Positions 41,063 through 54,460 of a stretch of 64,000 nt of DNA are shown in pieces. This DNA comes from Takakia lepidozioides (Eukaryota; Plantae; Bryophyta), in the NCBI GenBank assembly GCA_030704615.1, contig CM060733.1, positions 15,376,001 to 15,440,000 on the forward strand, read 5' to 3'. The notes beneath the pieces are model-generated. The model did not search any database, was not told the origin of the DNA, and was given only the letters and a program-made list of their open reading frames with translations. Each line of letters begins with the position of its first letter. Positions within the stretch are counted from its first letter, which is position 1. The translations under genes were made by a program, and so were the position numbers.

Positions 41063-42607
41063 CACGGGAGATCTCCCGTGCTAATTTGACGACAATATGT
41101 GTTAATGTTGATCTTACTGGTGATTGCCAAGATTTTATGGGAGCTCTTTTGACAATCAGAAGTTGACCTTGAATTCTATGTGTCGACCATTTGAACCTTT
41201 CAATTTCTGAACATCTATATCTCTAGCGATTTGAACCATGACTGTCTGCATCTCAGTGAAAGTTTAGTTCTAGTTGATTGTATTTTACGCATATAGCATG
41301 GGAGATCTCCCGTGCTACAGATACTTGACTATTGCAGACTGACATGATTAATATTCTCATTCACCATAGCGTTCATTGAATAATATAGTTATGAGTCCCA
41401 ATTTGGTTTGTTATCTGATAAGGATATGTCGGGGTCCGAATATCGTATTTTCTTCCCTAGCGGAATGTCTTTTTATATATCTATTTCAACGATGGCCCCT
41501 TCTTAATCTGACGTTGTAAATTGTATCCTCGAGATGTTGTTATTGATTTTCAGGTGTAACACGGGAGGTCTCCCGTGGTATGTCAAGGTTGTTTTTTTTA
41601 ATATTACTTACTGGATTTTTTTTTTAATCTGCGGACAAATAGTTTTTGTACAGATCTCCAAAATTTTGAATTTTTGAATGGCCAGTGGATGTGAACGGTT
41701 GTACACTTTTATTTGTTTCCGTCTAACGGTTCCACGCATTTCGTATGTCGGACTACCGATTTTTCATGGTGGTTGATGATTTTCTCCCTCACACATACTA
41801 CTCGGGAGATGTCCCGTGCTACAGTGTCTTGACTATTTCTGATTATGATTATTATATTTTTCTTAGAGCTTATTGAATATAGTAAGGATTCGCAAATGTT
41901 TTCATTTTCTGAAGATGATGAGGATTTTGTCTGGTCCAAAACCTTCATATCTTCCCTTGTGGAATGTCGTTCACTACTCCGATTTTAACGGTGGCAGCTT
42001 ATGATGCCAACGTTCTAAATTGTATTTTCGCGATTGTGCTATTGATTTCAGTTGTAGCACGGGAGGTTTCCCCTGCTATGTCTCGACGTCTGTTCGGCAT
42101 TTCCTGGATTCTTATTTGGTATTCGGAGGGTGACAAATAACTGTTGTCTTACCGGACAGTTTTAATTTCTGGATGACAAGTTCATGTGAATGTTTCTAGA
42201 ACTTATTTTCTTTTAATTTGACGGCTCGACGCTTTTCGTATTGAGCACGGGAGATCTTCCCTGGTGAGGGGAGGTCTCAAAGCACCTGCAACAAGTTGAC
42301 ATTGTACTTGAAATTGTATTTGACATGGTATCTGACCTTGTATTTGTCGATTCAATGCATTTCGTTTGTTATTTCATGTCCTCAATGTGACAAAGATTTT
42401 TCTATCCTTTAAGTTTCAATAATTCAAAAAAATTATTCCAATGTTTCTACCAATACTTTTGAGTCACGACCCATTGTGGTTTTAAAGCTCTTACTTTGTT
42501 TCATATTGGTATGCATTTGTTACGTTTTTACGGGAAAGCTCCTCTCATCTTCTCTCACGTATAAGTTGCGAGAAACTACCTATCGAGTGCACGGGAGATC
42601 TCCCCTC
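41063..42607. repeat. Dispersed 18-bp palindrome CACGGGAGATCTCCCGTG, 7 copies
   Basis: Copies at 41063, 41297, 41560, 41801, 42058, 42246, 42590; further variants at 32068 and 32933. Confidence 0.85.
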
Positions 42608-42769
42608 CGTGAAGCTCACGAGCGATCTCTTCAAATTCAACATAGGTGTCTTGCTTGTCATTTATTTTGCAAAGGACGATGCTACTTTTCGGACCAATCC
42701 TGGAAAATCCAAAATTGTAAGCTTTAATGCATTGTTAATACAGAATATAGTATTTTTCCATATTTATTA

Positions 42770-43320
42770 ATATTATTTAACAGATGTCCAGATTTCATCC
42801 TTTTGTCCATATTTACTAAAATGGTGTTCCAAACACTTATCAACCATATTAAAATCACCACCTAAAGCCCAATGGTCAATATGGGGGAGACCAATAATCT
42901 TGGATTTAATCAAGCACCAGACCTCTACGCGATTGGAGCTAGAATTGCAGGGTGCATAAACGTTGATGATCCCTAATTTGCCCACATTGTTAAAGGGGGC
43001 CAACACCAGACACTGGACTCTACCAGTGAGCCAAGTATCACAAGAAATTACATAGGGAAGAAGAGATGGGGTACGGAGGAAGGCAGTGTCGCCCCTAGAA
43101 TCCAACACCGTTGATTCCACTAGGCTGCATTAGACGGTCATATAGAATTCCCAATGGAACATATTTTAGAATCATTAAGCTTATGTTCTTGAATGAGGAG
43201 AACAAAAGGGAGAGACAGGAAGGCAGAGGCCCATCTTTTGATCCTAACCCGCTTGGGAGTAGAATGGTCTGAGCCAATGCCTCGGATGTTCCAGGGAAGT
43301 AAGGAGAAATTCATGGGGGA
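42770..43320 (-). mobile_element. L1-type LINE AP-endonuclease fragment
   Basis: WNIRGIG, LLIQEHKL, IINVYAP and WALGGDFNMV motifs. Confidence 0.85.
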
Positions 43321-43399
43321 AAGATGGGCAAACAGTTGAGAGAGCCCCGCCAAACAAGTCCAGAAGGCAAATGTCTTCATCCGGACACTGCCACACAAT

Positions 43400-46300
43400 C
43401 GGTGTGGTGTCCAATGGTGACGACTGAGGTGGTCCTGGTGCAATACCCGCACTCTCCTCCTCTCCTGACAGTACAAAAGCCTCTACCCAGGCTTGTTGCA
43501 CATGACAATCAGCAACCCGCTGCAAATCCTTGCTCGAACCCCACAATGGAGTGTGAGCAACCATGGCAGGCAACTCCGCCATACCATACATGTCATTCTG
43601 CTCTCCCGGAGGTGACACATCCTCTGAATGAGTGTTGCCATCCAACAACTCTCCAGGCCAAGTCACTGCAGCTGTGAATGCTGCCAGTGTTGGCATCTTG
43701 CCTCGCTGGGCAACCGCAACTCCTCCTATGAACGTCACAAGGAGCTGCACACACCGGCCCTCCCCCGACTACCATCCAGGCCTATAGGAAGCTGACTCCT
43801 CCCAAAAATCCATGGTGAAGCCCATGGGGTACAATACTGCCCCACCAACAAGGACATCGTACGAGACCGCGTCTGTCACAATGGCCTTGACTCTCATCAT
43901 TGAGCCATCTGTAGGATGATCCGGCTGTAATCGGATAGTCAACTCACGCCTTGTCATGCCTCGAGTCTGCTCTGATCCTCCCAGAGATGTCTGTATCTGG
44001 AAAGGGCACGGCTCCATATCCGTCTTCATGAGGCCCAAGCCTGCAATAGCAGCTCTGCCCAGCATCAATGGCTGAGCTCCCGAGTCCAACAAGATTCGTA
44101 GTGGCCGGTACCTCTTGCCTGCCAGTCCCACTCAAACAGAAAATGTCATCCTGGTTGTCTAACATGACAACTCCAGGTGTCACCATGGTGCGCTCAATGG
44201 TTGGCCTAGCTGACAGCTGCAGCTTGCCATGGCGCCGCCGTGGCAGTCTTGACCCTCACATCCGAGGATCCCTCTGGCACTACACCTCCCACTATATCCG
44301 CAGAAGATGAAGTAACCTCCCCACTCTCACAGAGTGTAGCTGCCAGCCTGAACACCTCAGCTGGTCTTACCCCCGGCGTCGCAATCATGGTAGCCGAGAA
44401 CAATGGAGCCTGACACACAGCTATGGCCGCCCCCAGCAGCACACTAGCTGCCGTAGCCTTGGCAACACTAGGTAGTGGTGCTGCCCGTGTAGCTCTCCCC
44501 AATGACATAGTAACCTCCGCCTCGGTAACAGTCGGGCGAGAACTAGGTGCCATGGATGGCGTCGACATGTCTCCGTCAATGTGAATGACTGAGGAAGTCT
44601 GGCCTGACGGCTTGCCTCCCCACGATGTGGATCCAACTCCACCTCCGCACCCCGTGGTTCAGGAACTCGTGCCGTTCCTCGAGTCACTGACGCAGTTGAC
44701 TCCACTTGCACTAGTGGTAGTGCTGCCCCGCTCATAGTGGTAGTGGTAGTGCTGCCCGGCACTAGTGGTAGTGGTGCCCCACCCACAGTGGTAGTGGTAG
44801 TGGTAGTGGCACCCCTCACTAGTGGTAGTGCTGCCCCGCACATGAATCCCATGCCTCCTAAGTCTCCTCCCTCAGGAGCAGGAGATGGACCATCCGGCCT
44901 TGGAGCCGGTACCACCTGAGCTGTGGCCATGGCAGCGAGCCTCTGCTCTAGCTGCTGAAGCCGGTTGGCCATGCCTTGGTCCTGACCTCCGCGTCCTTGG
45001 CCATGTTGAGCTTCCCTTGGCCTGCACCTCGTGCCTGGCCACCTCGTCCTCTCTGGGCTGCTCTACCTCGCCCCCGGCCACCATTGTTCCCTTGGAACTG
45101 GCCTGAGCGCAACTCAGGATGCAAACCATAGCACTGGGCCTCTCCATGCCCGTACTTGCCACAATGCCCACACTGCACCTGTGCAGACTGTGCCGGTGCA
45201 AAACCATTGCCTCCTTCTGAGCAATCCTTCTTGACATGGGGTCCTCCACATGTCCAGCACACCACATCCGCCCGTTATTGGCTTGCAAATGAAGGGAGAG
45301 ATCCCTGCATCTGAGGTCCTCTCTGTCCTTCCCTGGGCTTCACCAGAGCTCCTTTGTTGCCTTGAGCACGTTGAGGTAGTGGCTGGCTAGGAGCACCACT
45401 ACCCCGTGGTGCCTCCTTAGCAAATCCCACCATGACCACTCGTTCCTCCACCATGTTGAGCTCTATCCGCTCTGCCAGCAAAAACACATTTGCTAAGGTG
45501 GGTTGGGCCGCTTGTAGGAGAGTTGCATCCCGCACCCTTCTCCTCAGCTCCTTGTCCAATATCCCGTACCAGAACTGGACTACCTGAGCCTCCGTAACCC
45601 CTTGGGTTACATTTATCAAGCGCCTCATGCGAGTGAAAGCCTCCCTCAAGCTCTCAGTAGGCTTCCTTTGGAACTCTTGCAAGCTCCTCAACTTCTCTGT
45701 CCTCACCCCTAGGTAGTTCCTTCTCAACTCTTCGAAGAACTCCACAACAGGGTTGAAGGGAGGCACCGCCACTGGTGTTGGTAGAGCAGTAGCTTGGGTG
45801 GACGTCGTAGCCTCTGTACCACTAGTCCCACTGCTGCTCGTGGAAGCTGCCGGTATGGCTGCTACCCTTGTGCCTCTAGTGCCTCTAGTGCCTCTAGTGA
45901 TGGAGACCTAGTCGGGTGACCAGTACATCCTCCACTCCTCGATCTCAACATCGTGCCCCCGCCTAAACTCATGGTAATCATCCATGGGCGGCCCCTCAAG
46001 TGCTGAAAAGCCCCTTCCATGCCATGAAAGACGTAAACAGTTGTGGATTGCGCATTTGCTGCAAGTCACACCAACTATCAAACTCTTGGATAAAATCATC
46101 CAAGTCAATGGTGCCCACCGCCCCAGAGTACCTTCGTGGCCCCTTGGGGGCTCCATACATCTCCTCCATTGTGTCCCACAACAATGACAAGGAAACAACT
46201 TGCACCGCCGGTGTGAGTCCTCCTGATTCACAATCCGAATCAAAACCTTCCGTAGAAGACACAGGAGGTGAAGGTAGATTAAACCGCACATCTCGTCTCG

Positions 46301-47930
46301 TATACCCGCTAGTATCGCTAGTGCTCGTACCGGCACTTTCCCCAGCAACTAGTGGCATCTCCATGTTGACAATCTGACACTCAACCGGTCATGAACGTAT
46401 CTCTAACCCCCTATCCACACGATAACCGGGTAGAGGACCTGATGCGGCTTATGGTTTGGAATACTAGGTTCCTAACATAGCCTGCACCTGCACCTGCATC
46501 CACCGCAGGCACTCCTATGGTTGGCTGGTCATCACCTCCAACCTCACCATAGGAGAAACAAAGATGGTCTGACTGGTCATCAACCCAGCCTCACCATCGA
46601 CAGCATGCTCTAGGGTTGGATCGGCGATCAAGCCCGAGTCAACCACCTATAAGATCAAGCGCCCACACAAAACTAGCATGACGCACAATCAAGCATGCAG
46701 GTGTGGAGGGGATCCAAACACAAGAATGAAAACAACAACTCCCCCACACCAAAAACAACTCCACAGTGTCGCTCCTGCAACCTAGCCCAAACCCGGACTG
46801 ACTCTTGCCTCCACCTACGGAAAGGTCTCGGCCTACAGAGAAGGTGGAAACCTACGAGGAAGGGAAACTAAATCAATGTCTATCCCCAGCACGCTCTCAT
46901 CCCAACACCCTCTTTTTTCCTCTCTTCTCTCACTTGCATGACCATGAGAGCATCCTGTAGATACTCCTCAAACCGCCCTCCACGAGCTCATGAAACTTGG
47001 CCTCCAAGGCCCCATGCAAGCCTCCACAGGGTCCGCCAGTGCCTCCTTACGTCCACCAGCCATTCCTCCGAATGGAACCACCTCAGGAAACCACACCATT
47101 CGCTGAAGGTTCAAAAATGGAGCAAATAGAGGTACATATAGGCCCCAACAACATTCTGTCCAAAAGAATTACCTGCAGGCTGGTCTCCCCCATAGTTAAG
47201 AATTGGGCTGAAAACCAGAAAAGATTACATGCAGGGGAGTAATCCCCTTTGTTAAAACGCAACAGGGAGGCAATTCCGACTTTTCTGCCGGATCAGCTAG
47301 CTCAGAACCGTTGTTCTTTAGAGCCCAGCCTCCCCATCAAGGTCCCACGAAACGAGTGAAAAAAGGTTTTTTTTTTAATTTTTAATTTTTTCATAAATTT
47401 TTACTCTGCCTGTTCGCGGCCTTCCGTGGCTCCAACCTCCACGACTCCTCACGGCCCGCCCTAGGCGCTCGTTGGCGACGGGCTGCCCAATGATACCCCG
47501 TGGTACCACTCCCACGAGCCTTCACGGCCCGCCATCCCCACGATCTGGTCACCGTGACCACCCGTTGTGTCCGCACCACGACTTCCAACGGTCATGGTCA
47601 ACGGTCACGGTCAACCATCACGACCTGGGCTCATGGTATCTCGTGATACCGCCCCAACAGCCCATCACGGCCACTATTCCCTGCGGTCCCTGGAACTCCC
47701 AACGAGTTCTCATGAGTTCCCGGGGCGTTCCCAGGCGTTCCCGAGCTGGGGTTTGCTCCAGCACCTGCTGCCGACGAGCTATGGCTGCTGCGGAGCCATC
47801 AGCCCCGTCCCCCTGCACTCCTGAGCTCTCACGGCTCACTAGAAGTGCCTCCAACTCAACAAGCAAGCTATATGCTTAGGGATCAAAATGGCCTGGCCCT
47901 GACCGTTCCATTGCGTTATGGTTAGCTACA
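43400..47930 (-). mobile_element. Ty3/gypsy-like LTR retrotransposon 5' part (probable LTR/leader, gag, aspartic protease); truncated
   Basis: Gag QKPTESLREAFTRM-like segment (45275-45772); zinc knuckles CWTCGGPHVKKDC and CGHCGKYGHGEAQC; protease ILLDSGAQ...YDVLVG (43769-44131). Possible LTR start TGTAGC at 47930; the LTR boundary is uncertain. Confidence 0.75.
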
Positions 47931-47968
47931 TTCGGTGACCTATTGGGACATTCTGCTACCTACTCGAA

Positions 47969-48960
47969 CACTATTGCAAAAGGGGGGGGGGGGGGGTTTA
48001 GCGACGCCCAACCTCCCGAGCCCCATTTCCCGTGTGACGCAAGCACCGCTGCAGTTTTTGCGACTCCCGGAGTGTCGCAGTTTTAAAAAAAAATTTGGCC
48101 AAGTTCTTAGCTGCGACGCCCTGGGCATCGCATGTTTACTCTTGGAGGGCAAAAACGTCGCTATTTCATGGCGACGCCGCTGCCGTCGCTTAGGAAACAA
48201 CGATTCGGGCATTGCAGAGCGATGCCATTTTGGCCAAGTCCATTTTTGCGGAGCCTAGGGCGTCGCAGGGTCGGTCTAGAGAAATAAAATAAAATAACCA
48301 GGGACTGCAATTTTGGCCAAGTCCATTCTGCGACGCCGAAAGCGTCGCAGAGTCAGTCTGGGAAAAAAACCAAAACGTCGTAGATTTACTGCGACGCCAT
48401 GGACGTTGCAATGGGAACGACGCTTGCCATTTTGGCGAAGTCCATACCTGCGACGCTTGAGGCGTCGAAGGGTCACTCTTGTTTCCGTTTTTTTTGTTTT
48501 GTTTTTTTTTCCTAAAGAGAAAGGGGACAGAGGCCCTATTAATCAAATTAATAAAAAGTTGTTTCCGTCGCTTTGAAAATGACACCTCGGGCGTCACAGT
48601 GCGACCCAATGTTTATATTTTTGGCAAAATTTCGCACTTTTCGAAAAAGTCAAGTATCATGTCGTAAATTCCCTATTTTCTCATGCATGAAATCGCCAAA
48701 CCTCTCCAAGAAAATATAAATCTTGGATGATTAATTCGTCTAATATAGATGATATACATGGATGAAAGTACAGATGAGGATGATTTTGTCCAAAATATAG
48801 TGGATAAACATAAAATATGGCTAATTCCAGCAAAACTCAGTAGCCACTCTTGTTATTTCAAAAATTTGAAAAAAACACATTGGTGTGACACAAGGACTGC
48901 AAGTTTGGCCACGTCCTTGCATGCGACGCCCTGGAAATAATTGGTTTTCTCAATATACGA
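47969..48960. repeat. GCGACG-motif-rich tract starting with CACTA; possible orphan CACTA terminus
   Basis: CACTATTGC at 47969 followed by many GCGACG/CGTCGC copies in both orientations. No partner TIR was found. Confidence 0.4.
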
Positions 48961-49129
48961 CGCAAGGTTGTTTGTTTGTTTGTTTTCAAGGGTTTTTTTC
49001 AACTCTTCACACATGGTTGCTAGAAATTCGTGAAAAATAGCAAAGTGGGCTTTCCTCGGACAATGATTTGCTCTATTATTCGGTTACATCCACAAAAAAA
49101 CAAAAAAAAAATAAAAAAATGTTAGACCA

Positions 49130-49990
49130 TAGGGATGACCCTACTTTCTTGAGATTGAAGCCATACACTATCTAGCGTAAGGAGGTCTGCCAGGTGGAGT
49201 TTTTGAGGGGAGATGACATGGTAATATGGTAAAAACTTAGGAACTTCCACCAGCCTCCTTCTGGGCCCAAAAATCTATTGATCCATTTTCCTAAGGGGGC
49301 TGAAATCTGGGTTTCAGTGTCCAAGAGGCCAAGGCCTCCTTTTTTCTTTGGCATATAGATTGTGTCGCTTAGCTTGGGCTGATGTTTCCGCTTCCCAGAC
49401 GAAGTTCCTAGTTAGGCGGTTAATCTCTTTGATCTGTTTGGTATTTGGTCTCCATGAAGAAGCAAAATATCAGATGCCTGCAGACAGGATTTGGTTTGCT
49501 GCTAGTACCCTACCTATACCCTACTAGTAATAGATAAGTGCTTGGATCCCCATAATGCCATTTTCCTCTTGTATGTGGTGAAAGTCGGAGCAAATTTTTG
49601 CTCGTCTAAAAGGTTAACTCCAAATGTGTAGCCTAACAAAGTGGTCGATTCGCCAGGTTTTAGCCATTTAAGGCCTTGTTGGATCCCCCATGTGGGTGGA
49701 GAGCCAAACATTGAGGCTGAGAGCTTCTACCAAAAGGGCCTCAGTCTTATTCCAATTGACCTTAAAGCCAGAAGCCTCACAAAATGTATTCAATGTGTCC
49801 CCTGTGGCATCTAGATTCTCTGTTGTGGCCTGCAACATGAGAAATATATCATCGACAAACATTGAATCAACCAGGTAAAGGTATTATCTGGTTATGTAAC
49901 TGGTAATTCTAAGGCCCTTGATGAGTTGATTTTGTTGCATCATGTACCCTAGGGAGGACAACCAACATATAGCCCAGTGGTAATGGGCAC
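49130..49990 (-). mobile_element. L1-type LINE reverse transcriptase fragment
   Basis: MFVDDIFL..SGFKVNWNKT, LLGYTFG, PKKKGGLGL. Confidence 0.8.
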
Positions 49991-51149
49991 ATACCACGTT
50001 GGATGTGGTTGTGGATTCAAACCACGGTCTGGTGTGTCATGAAGGTGTCCATCTTTCAGCTGGAAGGCAGTAGCCCTTGTGGTGAAGAGACATCATAATT
50101 TACGCTCCCTTCGGTGGGAAGAAGTCCGCTGCGAACAGTGATTCAAAAAAAGGGCACCTTCAAGAGATGGAGCCATCAGAGGGCAAGGTGCCTGAGGTGA
50201 TGTGATCCGGCAGGTGAAAGGTAGGCAACAAATGCCTTGACTGTTTCCCCACTGGTTTTCTATTTTTCCCACACAGCAACCAACATCTATTGGCATTGAA
50301 ATAGAAAACAGGGTGAGGGAGAGGAGAGAACCTGATTGGCTGGGGGGGTGGGGTTAGGTGGAATAACCAGTGAAGGGGAGCTCTCCAGGGCAGAGGTCTG
50401 GCTCATATCAGTTACAAAATTTGCAAATCTTCCTGAAAACTGAGATTTGGAGAGCGTTGACATTTGTTGCCAGCTCCTCCCTGCTGCCATCATCTGCTGT
50501 CCACCGGCTCCTCCGAGGAAATCGAGGGCGATTGAGGCTCGACGATGCCACTGATATAGTTCCTGGTTCTTTGGATCTCCATCCGATGATTTTCCTCCTC
50601 AATTTCTGACTCAAGAAGGGCCCCCAACATCTGGAATCCATTAATTAGGGTGTCTTGATTTCTAGTTTGGAGCCTGTGAGAACCTTCTGGCGCATCCAAC
50701 CATTCTTCATAAGTCCATATATCACCCAAAGGTGGGGGTGAGTTGTAGATTTCAGCCTCTTCCATAAAGAGCCAAAACCTGCATTGAGGGTTTGCAGCTG
50801 AACCCTGGATGGTCTTCTAGGTACGATCCCCAAGAGATTTTTGTTGAAGAGGCAAGGAGGTAATGAGGTAATACTGCTCAAAAGAGCTCTTGAAATTTGA
50901 GTTTGAACAACATTTCAGGATTGCAGGCAGACGGGCACGTCCTAGTTATCATTCCTACGTGACGTGGCGCCGTCACGTCGGCCGTCACATCCGTGCGTCA
51001 CGTCACGTCACGTCAAATCCGGACGTTTATCCGTGTAATTTTTTTATATTTGACTTTTACGATTTACTTCTACCCTTTGTAATGACATGGCAGCCACGGT
51101 GTAAAAGAGACGTGGCCAATCATTAATATTTATTAATTCTTTAAAAAAA

Positions 51150-51680
51150 TGTATCCGCCTATATTGGCGGTTGCATATAATTTATTATTTTTAAAATAAA
51201 AAACGACCGTCCATTTTGGCGGTCGCTTGTATTTTATTATATTTTAAAATAAGCGACCGCCTATATTGGCGGTCGGTTGAAGTTTATTATGTCTTAAATG
51301 AAGCGACCGCCTAGATTGGCGGTCACTTGTACTTTATTATATTATTATTATAATATCTTTGATATATTCTGTAAAGGTCGCTATATATTTTTTTTCAAAT
51401 TTAGCGACCGCCATTTAGCAGTGGTCGCTTATTTTTATTTTTATTCTTAAATAAAGCGACCGCCGTTTGGCGGTCACTTCTTCAGTAAATTTTTGAAAAA
51501 TGCAGCGACCGCCATTTGGCGGCCATCGCTATTTTTGCTAATAAAGAATACAGTGACCGCCATTTGGAGGCGGTCGCTCGGTTTGATTTTGATTCTTTAA
51601 ATTAAGCGACCGCCGTTTGGTGGTCGCTTACTTAATATATATTTTTAAATGATGCGACCGCCATTTAGCGGCGGTCGCGT
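51150..51680. repeat. Array of about 10 GCGACCGCC-N4..7-GGCGGTCGC hairpins with AT-rich spacers (~50-bp period); probable non-autonomous TE interior
   Basis: Units near 51156, 51204, 51253, 51303, 51404, 51457, 51505, 51553, 51606, 51654. Confidence 0.8.
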
Positions 51681-52229
51681 TTTTTTTTCCCCTTAGAAAT
51701 CCAGGGACCCACCGCGCAACGTTATTATTATTATTTTTTTATTTTTTTAATAAATTTAAATCATAAAACGACGTCTGACCAGCCACGTGGCGAGGTACCA
51801 CGAGTCAGGAAAAACGAAACAAATGGGATGGGGGGGAGTGGTTTTGAACCCTTGACCTCTCCCATGTGGGTGCGCATGACGAGGTGCGATTGGCCAGTCG
51901 CACCGCGTTGACACTTAACGAAGCATCAAAGGCCTGCCGCTCGTTTTCAAGCATAATGTCATTTTTTGGGGGGGCGCGCGCGCCTATAAACCATTCCCCC
52001 TTCCTTTCTAATCACTTTTGCCCCTCTCGTGGTGTGGTTCCTTGGCATCCTGTAGTCCTTTCGGACTTTGTTGCTTGGCACTGCCAACGGGAGGTGCAAA
52101 GGTGATTATTCATTTTTTTTTTGGGTGGGGGGGTGGGTCGGTTTTCTATTGATCAGTCCCACACCCTTATTCACGGTTCAATCATTGTATCGCCATTTTG
52201 CCGTTTTCGGATCTCCGGCGGCCTGTGAT

Positions 52230-52830
52230 GCAACCATGCACTCTTTTGCCCTTTTCCAGGGCTGCCAGGCTTGCACAAACATTGCAAACGTACACAAACG
52301 TGATGTGGTCGGCATTCTGTTGAACACTTGGTGAGCATCCATGATGCTCCCGCACTTAACTATACATGTTGACAAGGGTATTGAGTAGAAAAACATTTGG
52401 CATGAATCCACTTTGGATAATGTGAGTGTGCACCTGCTTTCCACTTCCAGGCCTTTCATTTTGATGCACTTATGCAAGAGACAGACATACGTCTCTGAAT
52501 CTGCTGAAATGCCTCCTTGGTTTAAAGTCTGTAGAGCCTCTTTCATTCTGCCTGCCGCACAAAGTCTTCACACGCCTAGAAGTGCCAGAAGAAGCATTGT
52601 GGACTCCCGCTCTTGATCCTCTTCCAGAAGCCGTGGTCATGGTTGAGGTGCCTGATTTTATCAACTGTGCCGCTGCAGCTGTTGCCTTTGGTTGACCATC
52701 TACCCATGCAGGTTTCTTGTAGCTATCCTTCCACAAGGAATCATAGGTAATCTTGTGCTTGAAATCTGGCCCTCTTGAATGAATCTGGACTCACACTCCA
52801 TCCCTGCTCCTTCAGCTATCCATGCCCCTG
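52230..52830 (-). pseudogene. PDF motif plus first PPR motifs, inverted fragment
   Basis: Minus strand GPDFKHKITYDSLWKDSYKKPAWVDGQ...EALQTLNQGGISADSETYVCLLHKC; frameshifted. Confidence 0.8.
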
Positions 52831-52833
52831 CAC

Positions 52834-53404
52834 CAATGTGGAGGTGGCAGAGCGGGCTGCAAAATCTATACTAAAGTACGATCAACAGGATGCTGCAACT
52901 TATGTGTTGCTATCAAACATCTATGCCGCAGCTGGCAGGTGGGATGACAGTGCAAAGGTGAGAAAAATGATGAAGGTCAGGGGGGTTAGAAAGGAGCCGG
53001 GTCGTTGCTACATTGAGGTCAGCAACAGGGTGCACACTTTGGTTGTGAATGACAAATTGCATCCAAAAATTGAGGAAATCCATGCTGAGCTGAGAATGTT
53101 GTCTGGGCAGATGAAGGAGGCAGGGTATGTGCCTGACACGCACATTGTATTACATGATATGGAGGAGGAGAAAAAGGAAGTCTCTCTTTGCCACCACAGT
53201 GAGAAGCTGGCCATTGCTTTTGGGCTGATCAGCACGGCCCCTGGGACGCCTCTCCAAATCTTCAAGAAACTTCGGGTGTGTGCTGACTGCCACACTGACA
53301 CCAAGTTCATCTCAAAGATTGTTGGCCGAGCAATTGTTGTTCGGGATGCTAACTGCTTTCACCACTTCGAAGATGGGGTTTGTTCTTGTGGGGAGTACTG
53401 GTGA
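52834..53404 (+). pseudogene. Orphan E2/E+/DYW cytidine deaminase domain (PG-type), 5' truncated
   Basis: YVLLSNIYA, KEPGRCYIE, GYVPD, HSEKLAIAFGLI, LRVCADCH, FHHFEDGVCSCGEYW-stop. Confidence 0.93.
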
Positions 53405-53799
53405 AGCAATGTTTTTTTGGAAAGGAGTGTGTGTCTTGCTGCATTCACTAAAATGCTGCTGCTTGAGTCATTCACTGTGCTGCGAGAAAGTTGTCTTTGA
53501 TGTACCATCAAGGGCCTCTGAGGCACTTTTCACCATCCAATAGCCAATTGTGGGGCTTACCCAGCAGGAGGTGGAAACTAAACCAGAAATTGGTCCTGCA
53601 TAACCAATGGCAATCTGATTGCAGGCTTAAAGTGTGTGACAGGTGTCTGGCATTGGACTGCATAGTAGTGCCTCAAAGAGAATGTACTCATAAGATGTTG
53701 TTTGCTGTAGCTTTGTGCCATTGAACCCACGCCCAATTTGAGCAGAACACGAAGGGACAGAAACTATCTTTGTCAGGGGGACGCCGGTAGTCTGACTTA

Positions 53800-54460
53800 C
53801 CTTGAAACAAGCAGTTGATCCGAGTTTTCCAGATATCCCTGTGGATCCAGATATGTATGGGTAGATGGTCAACTGGAAGCAACAGTGGCAGTGGCACAGT
53901 TGATAAAATCAGCACCTCGACCATGACCACAGCTTCTGTTCAAGAGGACCCAGAGAGGGAGTCCACAAGGCCTCTTCTGGGACTTCTGGGCACGTGAGAT
54001 TCTTTGTGAGGCAGGCAGACTAATAGAGGCTCTACAGACTTAAACCCTAGGAGGGAGCATTTCAGCAGATTCAGTTACGTATGTCTCTCTCTTGCATGAC
54101 TGCATCAAGATGGAAGGCCTGGAAGCTGGAAAGCAGGTGCACGCTCACATTATCCAAAGTGGATTCAAGCCAAACGTTTTTCTACAGAATACCCTTGTGA
54201 ACATGTATGTTAAGTGTGGGAGCATCATGGATGCTCACCAGGTGTTCAACAGAATGCCTCAACGATCGTTGATCATGTGGAACACAATGTTGGCAGGATT
54301 TACCAGCATGGTTGTGGTACGAATGCTTTGGAAACCTATGACCAAATGATGCGGGAAGGGATGAAGCCTGACCGGGACACATTTGTTTGCGTTTGCAATG
54401 CGTGTGAGCCTGGCAGCTCTAGACAAGGGCAAAGAGGTCCATGGTGACATCGTCAAAGCT
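53800..54460 (+). pseudogene. PDF motif tail plus first PPR motifs, truncated
   Basis: WVDGQLE...; ORF 54092-54349 GKQVHAHIIQSGFKPNVFLQNTLVNMYVKCGSIMDAHQVF. Confidence 0.8.

Larger units (their letters stand above)
32000..42620 (+). mobile_element. Decayed putative DNA-transposon ORF (family uncertain), split by the CACTA insertion; halves ~32100-33274 and 40594-41050
   Basis: HGHGDGAYAQFTNELWPSDPNLTISSL and HIFKFYVD..GWPVMKYK in the 5' half. The reading frame rejoins across the insertion as ESEE|EDCNQLDPYCGPKSQRPKKPMNPFK, then GNFVLVRPPD..PVWMG. Both halves share CACGGGAGATCTCCCGTG palindromes. Outer ends were not found. Confidence 0.6.
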
